From Candidatus Binatia bacterium (GTDB lineage: Bacteria > Desulfobacterota > Binatia > DP-6), in the NCBI GenBank assembly GCA_041496545.1, contig JBGQET010000003.1, forward strand, positions 21,208-85,207: 64,000 bases of DNA. Reading direction: 5' to 3'. The position numbers were made by a program, and so were the translations under genes. Positions within the stretch are counted from its first letter, which is position 1. Each line of letters begins with the position of its first letter. Of this stretch, positions 17,905 to 28,021 are shown piece by piece. The notes beneath the pieces were generated by a model, which ran no database searches, was not told the origin of the DNA, and saw only the letters and a list, made by a program, of their open reading frames with translations.

Positions 17905-19938
17905 ATGATTGGGAAGGGCGAACCGGCGCGCTATGATGCCGGCGTGGCCGACTTCCTCGACATCCGCGAGCACGGCTTCGCGCGCGTCGCCGTGTGCGTG
18001 CCCGAGGTGCGGGTGGCCGACCCGGCGTTCAACGCCGAGGCGCACCTCCGCCAGCTCGAGCGGGTGCACGCGGAAGGCGCGCACTACGCCCTCTGTCCGG
18101 AGCTGGGGCTCTCGTCGTACACCTCGGGCGATCTCTTCTTCCAGGAAACGCTGCTCGCCGGCTCGCTCGCGGCGCTGCGACGTGTGGCCGAGGCGACGGC
18201 CGACTGGAACATGCTGGTCTCGGTCGGCCTGCCACTCGTCGTCGACGACGCCCTGTTCAACTGCGCCGTGACCCTCTACCGCGGCCGTCCCGTGATGGTC
18301 GCGCCCAAGGCCCATCCGCCGAACTACCGCGAGTTCTACGAGCTGCGCTGGTTCCACCCGGCCGCCGACGCGCGCTCGCGCGAGACGACGCTCCTCGGTC
18401 TGCGCGTGCCCTTCGGCACCGACGTCCTGGTGCGCGCGGCACACCTCCCCGGCTTCGTGCTGCACACGGACATCTGCGAGGACCTCTGGACGCCCGTGCC
18501 GCCCGGCACCATCGCCGCGCTCTCGGGCGCCACCGTGCTCGCCAACCTGTCCGCTTCGAACGTGACCGTCGGCAAGTGGGAGTACCGACGCGAGCTGGTG
18601 AACTCGTCGGCGGCGAAGAACCTCGCGGTGCAGATGTACAGCGCCGCCGGCTTCGGCGAGTCGACGGCCGACCTGGCGTGGGACGGCCACGGCCTGGTGA
18701 GCGAGCGCGGCGATCTCGTCGCGCAGACGGAGCGCTTCGTCGTCGGCGGCACGGCGGTGGTCGCCGACGTCGACCTGCGCGCCCTGGGCGAGGATCGGCT
18801 GCGTCAGGGCTCGTGGGGACAGAACGCGAGCGTGCACGGGAAGACGCTCCGCGAAGTCACGGTCGAGGCCGGCGAGGAACGCCGTCCCGCGGCGCCCTGG
18901 CAGCGCTTCCGGCGACGCATCGAGCCCCTGCCCTTCGTGCCGTCGGATCCCGCCAAGCGCGACGTCCGCTGCCGCGAGATCTTCTCGATCAAGAGCACCT
19001 CGCTGGCGCGCCGGCTCCTCGCGCTGCCGCCCGACGCCCGCCGTGTCGTGATCGGCATCTCGGGCGGGCAGGACTCCACCGAGGCGCTTCTCGTCGCGGT
19101 GCACGCCGCCGACCTCCTCGAGCTGCCGCGGACGCACGTCATCGGCGTCACGCTGCCCGGCTTCGGCACCTCGAAGCGCACCTACGAGAACGCGTGCGCG
19201 CTCGTCCGCGCCGTCGGCGCGACGCTGCGCGAGATCGACATCACCCGCCTGGCCGGCCAGGTCTTCGAGGCGATCGGTCACGACCCGCGGGTCGAGGACA
19301 CCACCTTCGAGAACGTCCAGGCGTGGACGCGGAAGTTCCTCCTCTTTGCGACCGCATCGCGCGAGCACGGCATCGACCTCGGCACGGGCGACCTCACCGA
19401 GCTAGCGCTCGGCTGGGCGACGTACGGCGGCGACCACATGTCGCACTACGGCGTCAACGCCGGGGTGCCGAAGACGCTCGTCTCGGAGCTGATCCGCTGG
19501 GCCGCCGAGGTCGTCTTCAAGGACGAGCCGCAGGTCGCCACGGTCCTGCGCGCCGTCCTCGACACGCCGATCAGCCCGGAGCTGCGCCGCCTCGGCGCCG
19601 GGGGCGAGATCGCGCAGCGCTCGGAGGAGATCGTCGGCCCCTACGAGCTGCACGACTTCTTCCTCTACTGGTTCCTCCGCTTCGGCTTCGGGCCGCGGCG
19701 CATCGCGCGCATGGCCGTGGAGGCGTTCGCCGGTCGTTACGCGCTCGCGGACATCCGCCGCTGGCTCGTCGTCTTCCTCGAGCGCTTCTTCGCCAACCAG
19801 TTCAAGCGTGACTGCGTCCCGGATTCACCCAAGGTCGGCTCCGGCGGCTCGCTCTCACCGCGCGGCGACTGGCGCATGCCGTCCGACGCCTCGGCGGCGG
19901 CGTGGCTGGCGGAAGCGGCCTCGATCCCCGATCGCTGA
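17905..19938 (+). CDS. nadE: glutamine-dependent NAD+ synthetase (large two-domain form)
   Basis: N-terminal CN-hydrolase domain (ALCPELGLSSY, catalytic C in DICEDLW), C-terminal NAD synthetase domain with SGGQDS P-loop. Real from the ATG at 17905 within the longer ORF-track frame. Confidence 0.9.
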   Translation: MIGKGEPARYDAGVADFLDIREHGFARVAVCVPEVRVADPAFNAEAHLRQLERVHAEGAHYALCPELGLSSYTSGDLFFQETLLAGSLAALRRVAEATADWNMLVSVGLPLVVDDALFNCAVTLYRGRPVMVAPKAHPPNYREFYELRWFHPAADARSRETTLLGLRVPFGTDVLVRAAHLPGFVLHTDICEDLWTPVPPGTIAALSGATVLANLSASNVTVGKWEYRRELVNSSAAKNLAVQMYSAAGFGESTADLAWDGHGLVSERGDLVAQTERFVVGGTAVVADVDLRALGEDRLRQGSWGQNASVHGKTLREVTVEAGEERRPAAPWQRFRRRIEPLPFVPSDPAKRDVRCREIFSIKSTSLARRLLALPPDARRVVIGISGGQDSTEALLVAVHAADLLELPRTHVIGVTLPGFGTSKRTYENACALVRAVGATLREIDITRLAGQVFEAIGHDPRVEDTTFENVQAWTRKFLLFATASREHGIDLGTGDLTELALGWATYGGDHMSHYGVNAGVPKTLVSELIRWAAEVVFKDEPQVATVLRAVLDTPISPELRRLGAGGEIAQRSEEIVGPYELHDFFLYWFLRFGFGPRRIARMAVEAFAGRYALADIRRWLVVFLERFFANQFKRDCVPDSPKVGSGGSLSPRGDWRMPSDASAAAWLAEAASIPDR

Positions 19939-19945
19939 GCCGCGA

Positions 19946-20164
19946 TCAGCCGCCGCGGAAGACGATCAGCCCGTGCGTCGGATCGTACGGCGACACCGCG
20001 ATCGTCACACGGTCACCCGGGATGACGCGGATGTGGTAGCGGCGCATACGCCCCCCGATCTTGGCGAGGAACGACATCCCGTTGTCGCCCTTCACCCGGT
20101 AGTTCCCCCCGGCGAGCGCCTCGGTGATCATCCCCTTGATCTGGATTAGATCGTCGCGAGCCAA
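19946..20164 (-). CDS. infA: translation initiation factor IF-1
   Basis: 72 aa. S1-like OB fold with highly conserved IF-1 sequence (GxxxEALxxxxYRVxxxNGxxxLAxIxGxMRxxxIRxxPGDxVxxxxSPYDxxxGxIxxR). GGGAGGA RBS. Confidence 0.95.
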   Translation of the reverse strand: MARDDLIQIKGMITEALAGGNYRVKGDNGMSFLAKIGGRMRRYHIRVIPGDRVTIAVSPYDPTHGLIVFRGG

Positions 20165-20276
20165 ACGTCCTCCCGGTCAGCCGGCCTCGTTAGCACAGCA
20201 ACACCGGACCGGCAACGCACACGTCGTCCTTCCACCGATCGAGCGGAGGGGCGCGGGAAACGGACCGACGTCACGT

Positions 20277-20407
20277 ACGCGTCGCGGGGCGCGGGGGACC
20301 CCCGAGCGGCGCCTGTGAGGCGGCGCCGCGAGGTCCGCAAGGAGATGCCCCGCCGAGCGCCGCCGAACCGAAGCCGAGCGGGGGTCCCCCGCGCCCCGCG
20401 ACGCGTC
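20277..20407. repeat. long inverted repeat / extended hairpin between ACAD stop and infA start
   Basis: The 5' arm cgcgtcgcggggcgcgggggacccccgagcg pairs with the 3' arm cgagcgggggtcccccgcgccccgcgacgcgt (about 27 contiguous bp), separated by about 68 nt. The loop itself contains a ggcgcc...ggcgcc mini-hairpin. Confidence 0.8.
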
Positions 20408-20438
20408 CACGGACTCGCCGACCCCCGTTCCCCGCGCC

Positions 20439-21635
20439 CTACGCGAACCGCTTCAGCTCGCGCCGCGCGATCACCTGCTTGTGCACCTCGTCGGGCCCGT
20501 CCGCGAGCCGGAGCATGCGGAGGTTCCGCCACATGGCGGCGAGCGGCGTGTCGTCGGAGACGCCGAGCGCGCCGTGGAGCTGGATCGCCCGGTCGAGCAC
20601 CTGCATGACGACGTTCGCCGCCACCACCTTGATCATCGAGATCTCCTGCCGCGCCTCCTTCTTGCCGACCTTGTCCATCTTCCAAGCGGCGTAGAGCGTC
20701 AGCAGGCGAGCCTGATCGACCTCCATGCGGCTGGTCGCGATCATGTCCTGCACGAACTGCTTCTCCCCGAGCGGGCCGCCGAAGGCGATCCGCGTGTTCG
20801 CGCGCCGGCACATCATCTCGATCGCCCGCTCGGCCGCGCCGATGGCGCGCATGCAGTGATGGATCCGCCCCGGCCCGAGCCGCGCCTGGGCGATCATGAA
20901 CCCGGCGCCGACCGGGCCGAGCACGTTGGAGGCCGGCACGCGGCAGTCCTCGTAGCGGATCTCGCAGTGCCCGCCGCCGCCGGTGTGCCCCATCACGGAA
21001 ACCGCACGGATCAGGTTGAAGCCCGGCGTGTCGATCGGGACGAGGATCATGCTGGCGCGGAGATGGGGGGCCGCGTCCGGGTCGCTGACGGCCATGACGA
21101 TCGCAACGCTGGCGCCGATCGCACCCGAGGTGAACCACTTGTGGCCGTTGATGACCCAGTGGTCGCCGTCACGCACCGCGCGGGTGCGGAGCAGCGTCGG
21201 GTCGGAGCCGGCGACCTCCGGCTCGGTCATCGAGAAGCAGCTCCGGATGTCGCCGGCGAGAAGCGGATCCAGCCACCGTTTCTTCTGCTCGGGCGTGCTG
21301 AACTCGGCGAGGATCTCGATGTTGCCGGTGTCGGGCGCGGAGCAATTGAACGCGGCGGGCGCGGCGCCCGTGCGCCCCATCAGCTCGCACAGGATGGCGT
21401 ACTCCCAGTTCGCGAGCCCGGCGCCGTACTCCTCGTCGGGCAGGAAGAGGTTCCACAGGCCCTCGGCCTTGGCCTTGCGGCGGATTGGCACCAGCGATGG
21501 GGGATACGGCACGCCCGGCCGGATGAGGTCGGCCTCGGCCGCGAGCCGTGCCTCGATGGGATAGATCTCGCGGTCCATGAACGCGGCGATGCGCTGGCGT
21601 AGCTCCTCGACCTTCGGCGACGGCGTGAAGTCCAT
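20439..21635 (-). CDS. acyl-CoA dehydrogenase
   Basis: ACAD N, middle and C domains, catalytic region near the C-terminus. Start at MDFTPSPKVEEL (cat 21633-21635) with GGAGGT RBS. The upstream 230 aa of the ORF-track frame is an artefact. Confidence 0.9.
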   Translation of the reverse strand: MDFTPSPKVEELRQRIAAFMDREIYPIEARLAAEADLIRPGVPYPPSLVPIRRKAKAEGLWNLFLPDEEYGAGLANWEYAILCELMGRTGAAPAAFNCSAPDTGNIEILAEFSTPEQKKRWLDPLLAGDIRSCFSMTEPEVAGSDPTLLRTRAVRDGDHWVINGHKWFTSGAIGASVAIVMAVSDPDAAPHLRASMILVPIDTPGFNLIRAVSVMGHTGGGGHCEIRYEDCRVPASNVLGPVGAGFMIAQARLGPGRIHHCMRAIGAAERAIEMMCRRANTRIAFGGPLGEKQFVQDMIATSRMEVDQARLLTLYAAWKMDKVGKKEARQEISMIKVVAANVVMQVLDRAIQLHGALGVSDDTPLAAMWRNLRMLRLADGPDEVHKQVIARRELKRFA

Positions 21636-21670
21636 TGCGACCTCCGTGACGGTGGCTGGTCGCGTACGGT

Positions 21671-23446
21671 ATGCCGAGCGCCCGCTCCAAGTCCAGACGC
21701 CCGCGCCTGGCCGCTCGCGCCCCGCCACGCTATGACGGCGCCGTGACCACGCCCGCGCTGCGTTTCGATCCTGCGCTCCTCGAGCTGACGCCGTCCGCGG
21801 AACGGTTCGCCGCGTTCGCGGACCGCATCGACACGCTGACCCTCGCCAACTTGACCGACCGGCTGGGCGAGACGTACGGCGCCCGCACCGCGTTCCTCCT
21901 CGAGCACCCCCTGGCGCTACCCGGAGCGACCGGCACCGCGCTGCCGTTCGCCGACCTGGCCCGGCTCGTCCGGCGGGCGACGGCGGCGCTCCGTGCGCTC
22001 GGCGTCGCGCCCGGCGACCGGGTCGCGCTCTGCACGCGCAACCGGATGGAGCTGGCGGTGGCGGAATGGGCGACGCTGCGCGCCGGGGCGGTCGCCGTCC
22101 CCGTCGGCGCGCGCCTCCCTCCGGACGAGCTGGCGCGCGTCCTCGCCGACTGCGGTGCTCGCTTGCTGGTCGCGGACCGGCACGTGCTGGGCGGCCTCGG
22201 GGAACACACCCTGCCCGTCGCCGAGCGCGTCGTCGTGGACGGCGACGGCGACGACGGGGGCGTCGGCTTCGCACGCCTGCTCGCCGACGCGCCCGACGAC
22301 GCGCCGGCGGCGGACGTCGGCGACGATCGGCTCGCACTCGTCTTCTACACCTCGGGGACGACCGGCCGCGCCAAGGGCGTCATGCTGACACACGGGAACC
22401 TCATGTTCGCGACCCGCGCCACGCTGCGCACGATGGCCTCCATGGGCCCCCCAGGACGCATGCTGGGCTTGATGGTCATGCCGCTCGCCAACACCTCGGG
22501 CCATCAGGGCCTGCTCCTCTCGATCGCGCGCGGCACGAGCGTCATGGTGCTCGATCGCTTCGACGCGACGCTCGTCCTCGACCTGATCGAGAGCGGCCGC
22601 GTGAATCTCCTCTCCGGGACGCCCACGATGTTCCGCCTGCTCTGGGACGCCGGAGCCCGCGCGCGCGACCTGTCCTCGATCGTCGCCTTCGGCGGGGGCG
22701 GCGACTACTTCGACCTGGATCTGGTGAACCGCTTTCGGGCCCTTCCCCGCGGCCCGGCCGAGCCCGTCTTCTTCGTCACCGGCTACGGCATGACCGAGAC
22801 CGCCGGCCAGGTGACCCAGGCTTTCCCCGCGATCGAGTTCGACGGCGACCTCGGCTTCGTCCAGCCCGGCATCGAGTTCAGGATCGTCGACGGGGATGGG
22901 AATTCAGTGGCGGATGGCGCCGTCGGCGAGCTGGAGGTCCGGGGTCCCAACGTGACGCCGGGCTACTGGAATGCGCCCGAAGCGACGGCTGCTGCCTTTC
23001 ACGAGGGGTGGCTCCGCACCGGCGATCTCGTGCGTCGAGGGCAGGAGCCGCGACGGCTCGTCTTCGCGGGACGCAGCAAGGACGTCATCCTCTCCGGCGG
23101 GAATACCATCTACCCACCCGAGATCGAACGCGTACTGCTCGAGCATCCGGACATCGCAAGCGCCGCCGTCGTCGGCCTTCCGGACGCCGTGATGGGCGAG
23201 ATCGTCGTCGCCGCGGTCGAGCCGCGTGCGGGGGCCCACCTCGACGACGCGGTGCTCAAGCGCTGGCTCGCCGAGCGCCTGCCGGGCTACCAGCGCCCAC
23301 GGGTGATTCAGGTCATGGACCTTCCAGTCAGCGCTGACTTGAAGGTCAAGCGCCGGCTGGTGCGTCAAGCGCTGTCCCGCTCACTCGGCTCCCGATCGAG
23401 CCCTGCATCGCAGACTCAGCGCGTCATAAAGTATCTGAATCGTTAA
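21671..23446 (+). CDS. AMP-dependent synthetase/ligase (acyl-CoA synthetase family)
   Basis: AMP-binding motif YTSGTTGRAKGV, GYGMTET, and a C-terminal domain. The start is uncertain (ATG 21671 or a downstream GTG around 21740). Confidence 0.85.
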   Translation: MPSARSKSRRPRLAARAPPRYDGAVTTPALRFDPALLELTPSAERFAAFADRIDTLTLANLTDRLGETYGARTAFLLEHPLALPGATGTALPFADLARLVRRATAALRALGVAPGDRVALCTRNRMELAVAEWATLRAGAVAVPVGARLPPDELARVLADCGARLLVADRHVLGGLGEHTLPVAERVVVDGDGDDGGVGFARLLADAPDDAPAADVGDDRLALVFYTSGTTGRAKGVMLTHGNLMFATRATLRTMASMGPPGRMLGLMVMPLANTSGHQGLLLSIARGTSVMVLDRFDATLVLDLIESGRVNLLSGTPTMFRLLWDAGARARDLSSIVAFGGGGDYFDLDLVNRFRALPRGPAEPVFFVTGYGMTETAGQVTQAFPAIEFDGDLGFVQPGIEFRIVDGDGNSVADGAVGELEVRGPNVTPGYWNAPEATAAAFHEGWLRTGDLVRRGQEPRRLVFAGRSKDVILSGGNTIYPPEIERVLLEHPDIASAAVVGLPDAVMGEIVVAAVEPRAGAHLDDAVLKRWLAERLPGYQRPRVIQVMDLPVSADLKVKRRLVRQALSRSLGSRSSPASQTQRVIKYLNR

Positions 23447-23647
23447 ATTTTTCTTGACAGCACCGGGGGACGGGCGGTACTTCCTCCGACGTAGATTGTA
23501 TGCGGCTCGCTCAATACTGGTCGCATATTCCCGTTCCAGACACTTGAGTTGCGGAAGCAACGCGCTGGCTTGTGCAGCGGCCCGCGCCGGGGGCAGACGG
23601 CAAAGTATCATGCTAGACAAATCTCACGAGCACAAAGGAGGAAGGGC

Positions 23648-24718
<1,071 letters not shown>

Positions 24719-24740
24719 AACGATAGCTCCGAGTAGCACC

Positions 24741-24773
24741 GGGGGGACCCCTTCGGGGGTCCCCCTTTTTTTT
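24741..24773. terminator. bidirectional rho-independent terminator between convergent genes
   Basis: Perfect GC stem GGGGGGACCCC / GGGGTCCCCC with a TTCG tetraloop, followed by an 8-T run. Confidence 0.8.
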
Positions 24774-24838
24774 CCTGGGGGCCCGTCCGGTGCTCCCGAA
24801 CCCGTCGGCCGGCGCGGCGGCGGCCGGTTTCCCTGGGC

Positions 24839-25576
24839 TCAGCCGCTCCGCGCGCAGCGGAAGCCGAGGAAGTACAGGTGGAAGTCGGGGGGCTGGTTGT
24901 AGCGGATGGTCGGCGTCACCCCGGCTTGCGGCAGGAAGAAGGCACCGCCCCGCTCGACCCGGCGCTGGCCCGCCTCCGGCCCCTTCGGGTTCTTGGCGAC
25001 CCGCTGCTGGTAGTAGCCCGGGTCGTACCAGTCGGCGGTCCACTCGCGGACGTTCCCGAGCATGTCGTAGAGACCGAAGGGATTCGGGCGCTTCTTCATC
25101 ACCGGCTGCGCGCGGCGGATCGAGTTGCCGGCATACCAGGCGTATTCGGTGAACGGCTCGGGCGTCCACGGGGCGCCACCCTTCGCCGCCTTCTCCCACT
25201 CCGCTTCGGTCGGTAGTCGCTTCGGCGGCTGCTGCGCGGCACAGTAGGCCTGCGCTTCGGTCCAGCTCACCTCGACCACCGGGCAGTCGTCACAGGGTGA
25301 GTACTGCGCGTTGCGCTTGTACTTGGGATCGAAGCGCTCGTACTCGGCGTTCGTGACCTCGTGGCGGTCGACGTTGAAGGCGTCCAGGAAGACGGGGTGC
25401 TGGGGCTGCTCCCGGGGCTTCTCCCACTGGTAGACCCGGCCGTCGTCGGCCGCGCTGCCCATCGGGAACTCGCCCGCGGGGACGTACACCATGTCGTCCA
25501 GGCGGGGCGCCGAGCCGCAAGCCGACAGGACCAGGGCCGCGAAGGCGACCGACCGTGCAGCAGATGGCTTTCTCAT
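24839..25576 (-). CDS. formylglycine-generating enzyme family protein (SUMF1/EgtB/PvdO-like), lipoprotein
   Basis: Lipobox LSAC signal. FGE-sulfatase domain hallmarks (MVYVPAGEFPMGS, WTEAQAYC, RVxRGGAFF...GFRC). Confidence 0.85.
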   Translation of the reverse strand: MRKPSAARSVAFAALVLSACGSAPRLDDMVYVPAGEFPMGSAADDGRVYQWEKPREQPQHPVFLDAFNVDRHEVTNAEYERFDPKYKRNAQYSPCDDCPVVEVSWTEAQAYCAAQQPPKRLPTEAEWEKAAKGGAPWTPEPFTEYAWYAGNSIRRAQPVMKKRPNPFGLYDMLGNVREWTADWYDPGYYQQRVAKNPKGPEAGQRRVERGGAFFLPQAGVTPTIRYNQPPDFHLYFLGFRCARSG

Positions 25577-25628
25577 GAGTCGGTTGCTTACAGCGACCGC
25601 CGGTGCGCCGTCCAGGCGCGACGCGCCG

Positions 25629-26615
25629 TCAGGTGACGCGGAGCACGATCTTGCCGACGTGCGCGCTTGCCTGCATCAGCCGATGCGCCTCGGCGGCTTC
25701 CGCCAGCGGCAGCACACGGTCGACCACGGGACGCAGCCGCCCCGCGTCGAGCGCCGCACCGAAACGGGCCCGAAGGCCGGATACGATGCGCGCCTTGTCG
25801 TCGACCGACCGCGAGCGGAGCGTGGAGCCGATCACCGCCAGCCGGCGGATGAGGAGCTCCGCCAGGTTCATCTCGCCGCGCGCCCCGCCCATGAGGCCGA
25901 TCTCGACCAGCCGCCCGCCCGGCGCCAGCACGGCGAGGTTGCGCGCCAGGTACGCCGCACCGATGTGGTCGAGCACGACGTCCACCCCGCGCCCGCCGGT
26001 GTGAGCGCGCGCGCGCTCGACGAAGTCCTCGCGCGTGTAGTTGATGGCGGCCGCGGCGCCGAGTGCCTCGCACGCCCGACACTTCTCGTCGCTGCCCGCG
26101 GTGACGAGACAGGCGAGCCCGGCCTCGCGGAGGAGCGCGATGGCCGCGGTGCCGACGCCACCCGCGCCGCCGTGCACGAGCGCCGTCTCGCCCGCCGCGA
26201 TCGCGCCGAGGCCCGCCATGAAGAGGTTCGAGAAGGCGGTGAGGAAGACCTCCGGAAAGGCGCCTGCCTCCTCGTCGCTCATCGCGTCGGGCACGGCCAG
26301 CACCGAGCCGTGATGGACGACCGCCTCCTCCGCGTAGCCGCCGCCGGCGAGGAGCGCCATGACCCGCTGGCCCCGGGTGACGCCGCGCGCTTGCGGGCCC
26401 ACCTCCGCGACCTCGCCTGCGCACTCGAGGCCGAGGATCGGCGAAGCGCCGGGGGGCGGCGGGTAGAAGCCCTGGCGCTGCAGGAGATCGGCGCGGTTGA
26501 CCGCGGTCGCGCGCACGCGGATGCGGACGTCGGCGGGACCGAGCGCGGGCGACGGCGCCTCCCCCAGGAAGAGGACGGACTCGTCGCCCGGCTCGCGGAT
26601 GAGGATGGCACGCAT
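25629..26615 (-). CDS. NAD(P)H:quinone oxidoreductase (MDR superfamily, Qor/PIG3-like)
   Basis: MRAILIREPG..., GxGxxG-like GGAGGVG cofactor motif, no zinc ligands, about 328 aa. Confidence 0.9.
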   Translation of the reverse strand: MRAILIREPGDESVLFLGEAPSPALGPADVRIRVRATAVNRADLLQRQGFYPPPPGASPILGLECAGEVAEVGPQARGVTRGQRVMALLAGGGYAEEAVVHHGSVLAVPDAMSDEEAGAFPEVFLTAFSNLFMAGLGAIAAGETALVHGGAGGVGTAAIALLREAGLACLVTAGSDEKCRACEALGAAAAINYTREDFVERARAHTGGRGVDVVLDHIGAAYLARNLAVLAPGGRLVEIGLMGGARGEMNLAELLIRRLAVIGSTLRSRSVDDKARIVSGLRARFGAALDAGRLRPVVDRVLPLAEAAEAHRLMQASAHVGKIVLRVT

Positions 26616-26722
26616 GGTGTTCGCCAACACCACGGTCCACGCTCGGAGTCAACGCCGCGCGCTCGCTTGACGACGGACGCCCGCGCGCGTACGGAATCGG
26701 GAGCCCGAGCCGCTCGACCCCG

Positions 26723-27619
26723 ATGACGATCCTCACCCTAACCGCCCTGGTGGCCCTCGCGCTGGTGCTCTGGCGCCTGGCGCGACGCCTCGCCGACGCC
26801 GAGCGGCAGGTGAAGGAGCTGCGCCTCCTGCACCGCGAGATCGAGGAGGTCCGTGGCGAGCTCGGCCGCGGGCTCGCGCTCACCCGCTCACACCTCGCGG
26901 CGGTCGCCGCGGGCGAGCGTCTCGAGCGCGACGTGATCGCGCGCGGCTTGCCGTACCAGGACGTCGCCCCCGCCGACGCGCTGGCGCTCTACGAGCGCAC
27001 GCCCGATCTCTTCGTGCTCGACGTGCGTACCCCGGCGGAATACGCGAGCGGCCACATCCCGAACGCGCACCTCGTGCCCGTCGACGAGCTGGAGGACCGG
27101 CTCACCGAGCTGCCCCCGCCCGACACGCTGATGCTCGTCCACTGCGCCGCCGGTGGGCGGAGCGCCACCGCGTGCCAGACGCTCGGGCAGCGCGGCTACA
27201 CGCGGCTCCTCAACCTGGCGGGCGGCATGCACGCCTGGGCCGGGCCGCGGGTGCGCGACGAGACCGCGCCCCCGGAGCCACCGCCGGCGCCCGCCGGCAC
27301 CGCCATCACCTACCACGGGGGCAACGTCACCGAGACCCAGGTCGTGGCGGCAATCCGCGAATGCTTCGACCCCGAGATCCCGCTCAACATCTACGACCTC
27401 GGCCTCATCTACGGGATCGACATCGCCGAAGCGCAGATCGCCGTCCGCATGACGCTCACCTCGGAGGGGTGCCCGGCGGCGCGCACCATTCCCGAGGACG
27501 TGAAGAAGAAGGTCCTCGCGCTCGGGCAGCCGAACGTGACGGTCGACGTCGTCTGGGATCCGCCGTGGCATCCGTCGCGCATCAGCGCGGACGGGAAGAC
27601 GAAACTGGGGCTAGCCTAG
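26723..27619 (+). CDS. membrane-anchored rhodanese domain fused to DUF59/SufT-like Fe-S assembly domain
   Basis: N-terminal TM helix plus coiled coil. A rhodanese domain with active-site Cys in HCAAGGRS. C-terminal DUF59/MIP18-like domain (NIYDLGLIYGIDI...TLTSEGCPA). Confidence 0.8.
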   Translation: MTILTLTALVALALVLWRLARRLADAERQVKELRLLHREIEEVRGELGRGLALTRSHLAAVAAGERLERDVIARGLPYQDVAPADALALYERTPDLFVLDVRTPAEYASGHIPNAHLVPVDELEDRLTELPPPDTLMLVHCAAGGRSATACQTLGQRGYTRLLNLAGGMHAWAGPRVRDETAPPEPPPAPAGTAITYHGGNVTETQVVAAIRECFDPEIPLNIYDLGLIYGIDIAEAQIAVRMTLTSEGCPAARTIPEDVKKKVLALGQPNVTVDVVWDPPWHPSRISADGKTKLGLA

Positions 27620-27629
27620 GGAGATCACG

Positions 27630-28001
27630 ATGGCGGACGATCGCGACTTCATGGCGCGGGGACGGGAGATCACGGGGAAGTTGTGGGGGGCGCGGGCTGG
27701 GGGGCAGGAGTTGCCGGCGCAGAGGTTGGCGCCGGAGTTCTTCGGGTTGGTGACGCAGTTCGTGTTCGGGGGGTTCTGGGCGCGGCCGAACCTGGATCTG
27801 CGGAGCCGCAGTCTCTGCACCGTCGCGCAGCTCGCGGCGCTCGGGCGGCTCGACGAGCTGAAGGGGCATCTGCTCGGGGCGCGGAACCTCGGCATCACGC
27901 GCGAGGAGCTGGTCGAGGTGCTGATGCAGACGGCGTGCTACGCCGGCGTGCCGGCGGCGGTGAGCGCACTCAACGCGGCCGCCGACGTGCTGCGCGACTA
28001 G
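27630..28001 (+). CDS. carboxymuconolactone decarboxylase family protein
   Basis: CMD-family size (123 aa) and conserved helical motifs (GxWxRP...L...E.........G.T.EEL.E....A.YAG). Confidence 0.85.
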   Translation: MADDRDFMARGREITGKLWGARAGGQELPAQRLAPEFFGLVTQFVFGGFWARPNLDLRSRSLCTVAQLAALGRLDELKGHLLGARNLGITREELVEVLMQTACYAGVPAAVSALNAAADVLRD

Positions 28002-28021
28002 GCCGCTCGCTCCCGCGGCCC

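Noticed and set aside
17587-19368. 593-aa minus-strand ORF
   Set aside because: It is antisense to nadE with low-complexity Arg/Ala/Gly composition. Only its extreme 3' end (41 aa) was kept as a speculative small ORF.
16501-19938. 1145-aa frame
   Set aside because: It is genuine only from ATG 17905 (nadE). The upstream part overlaps the GMC gene out of frame.
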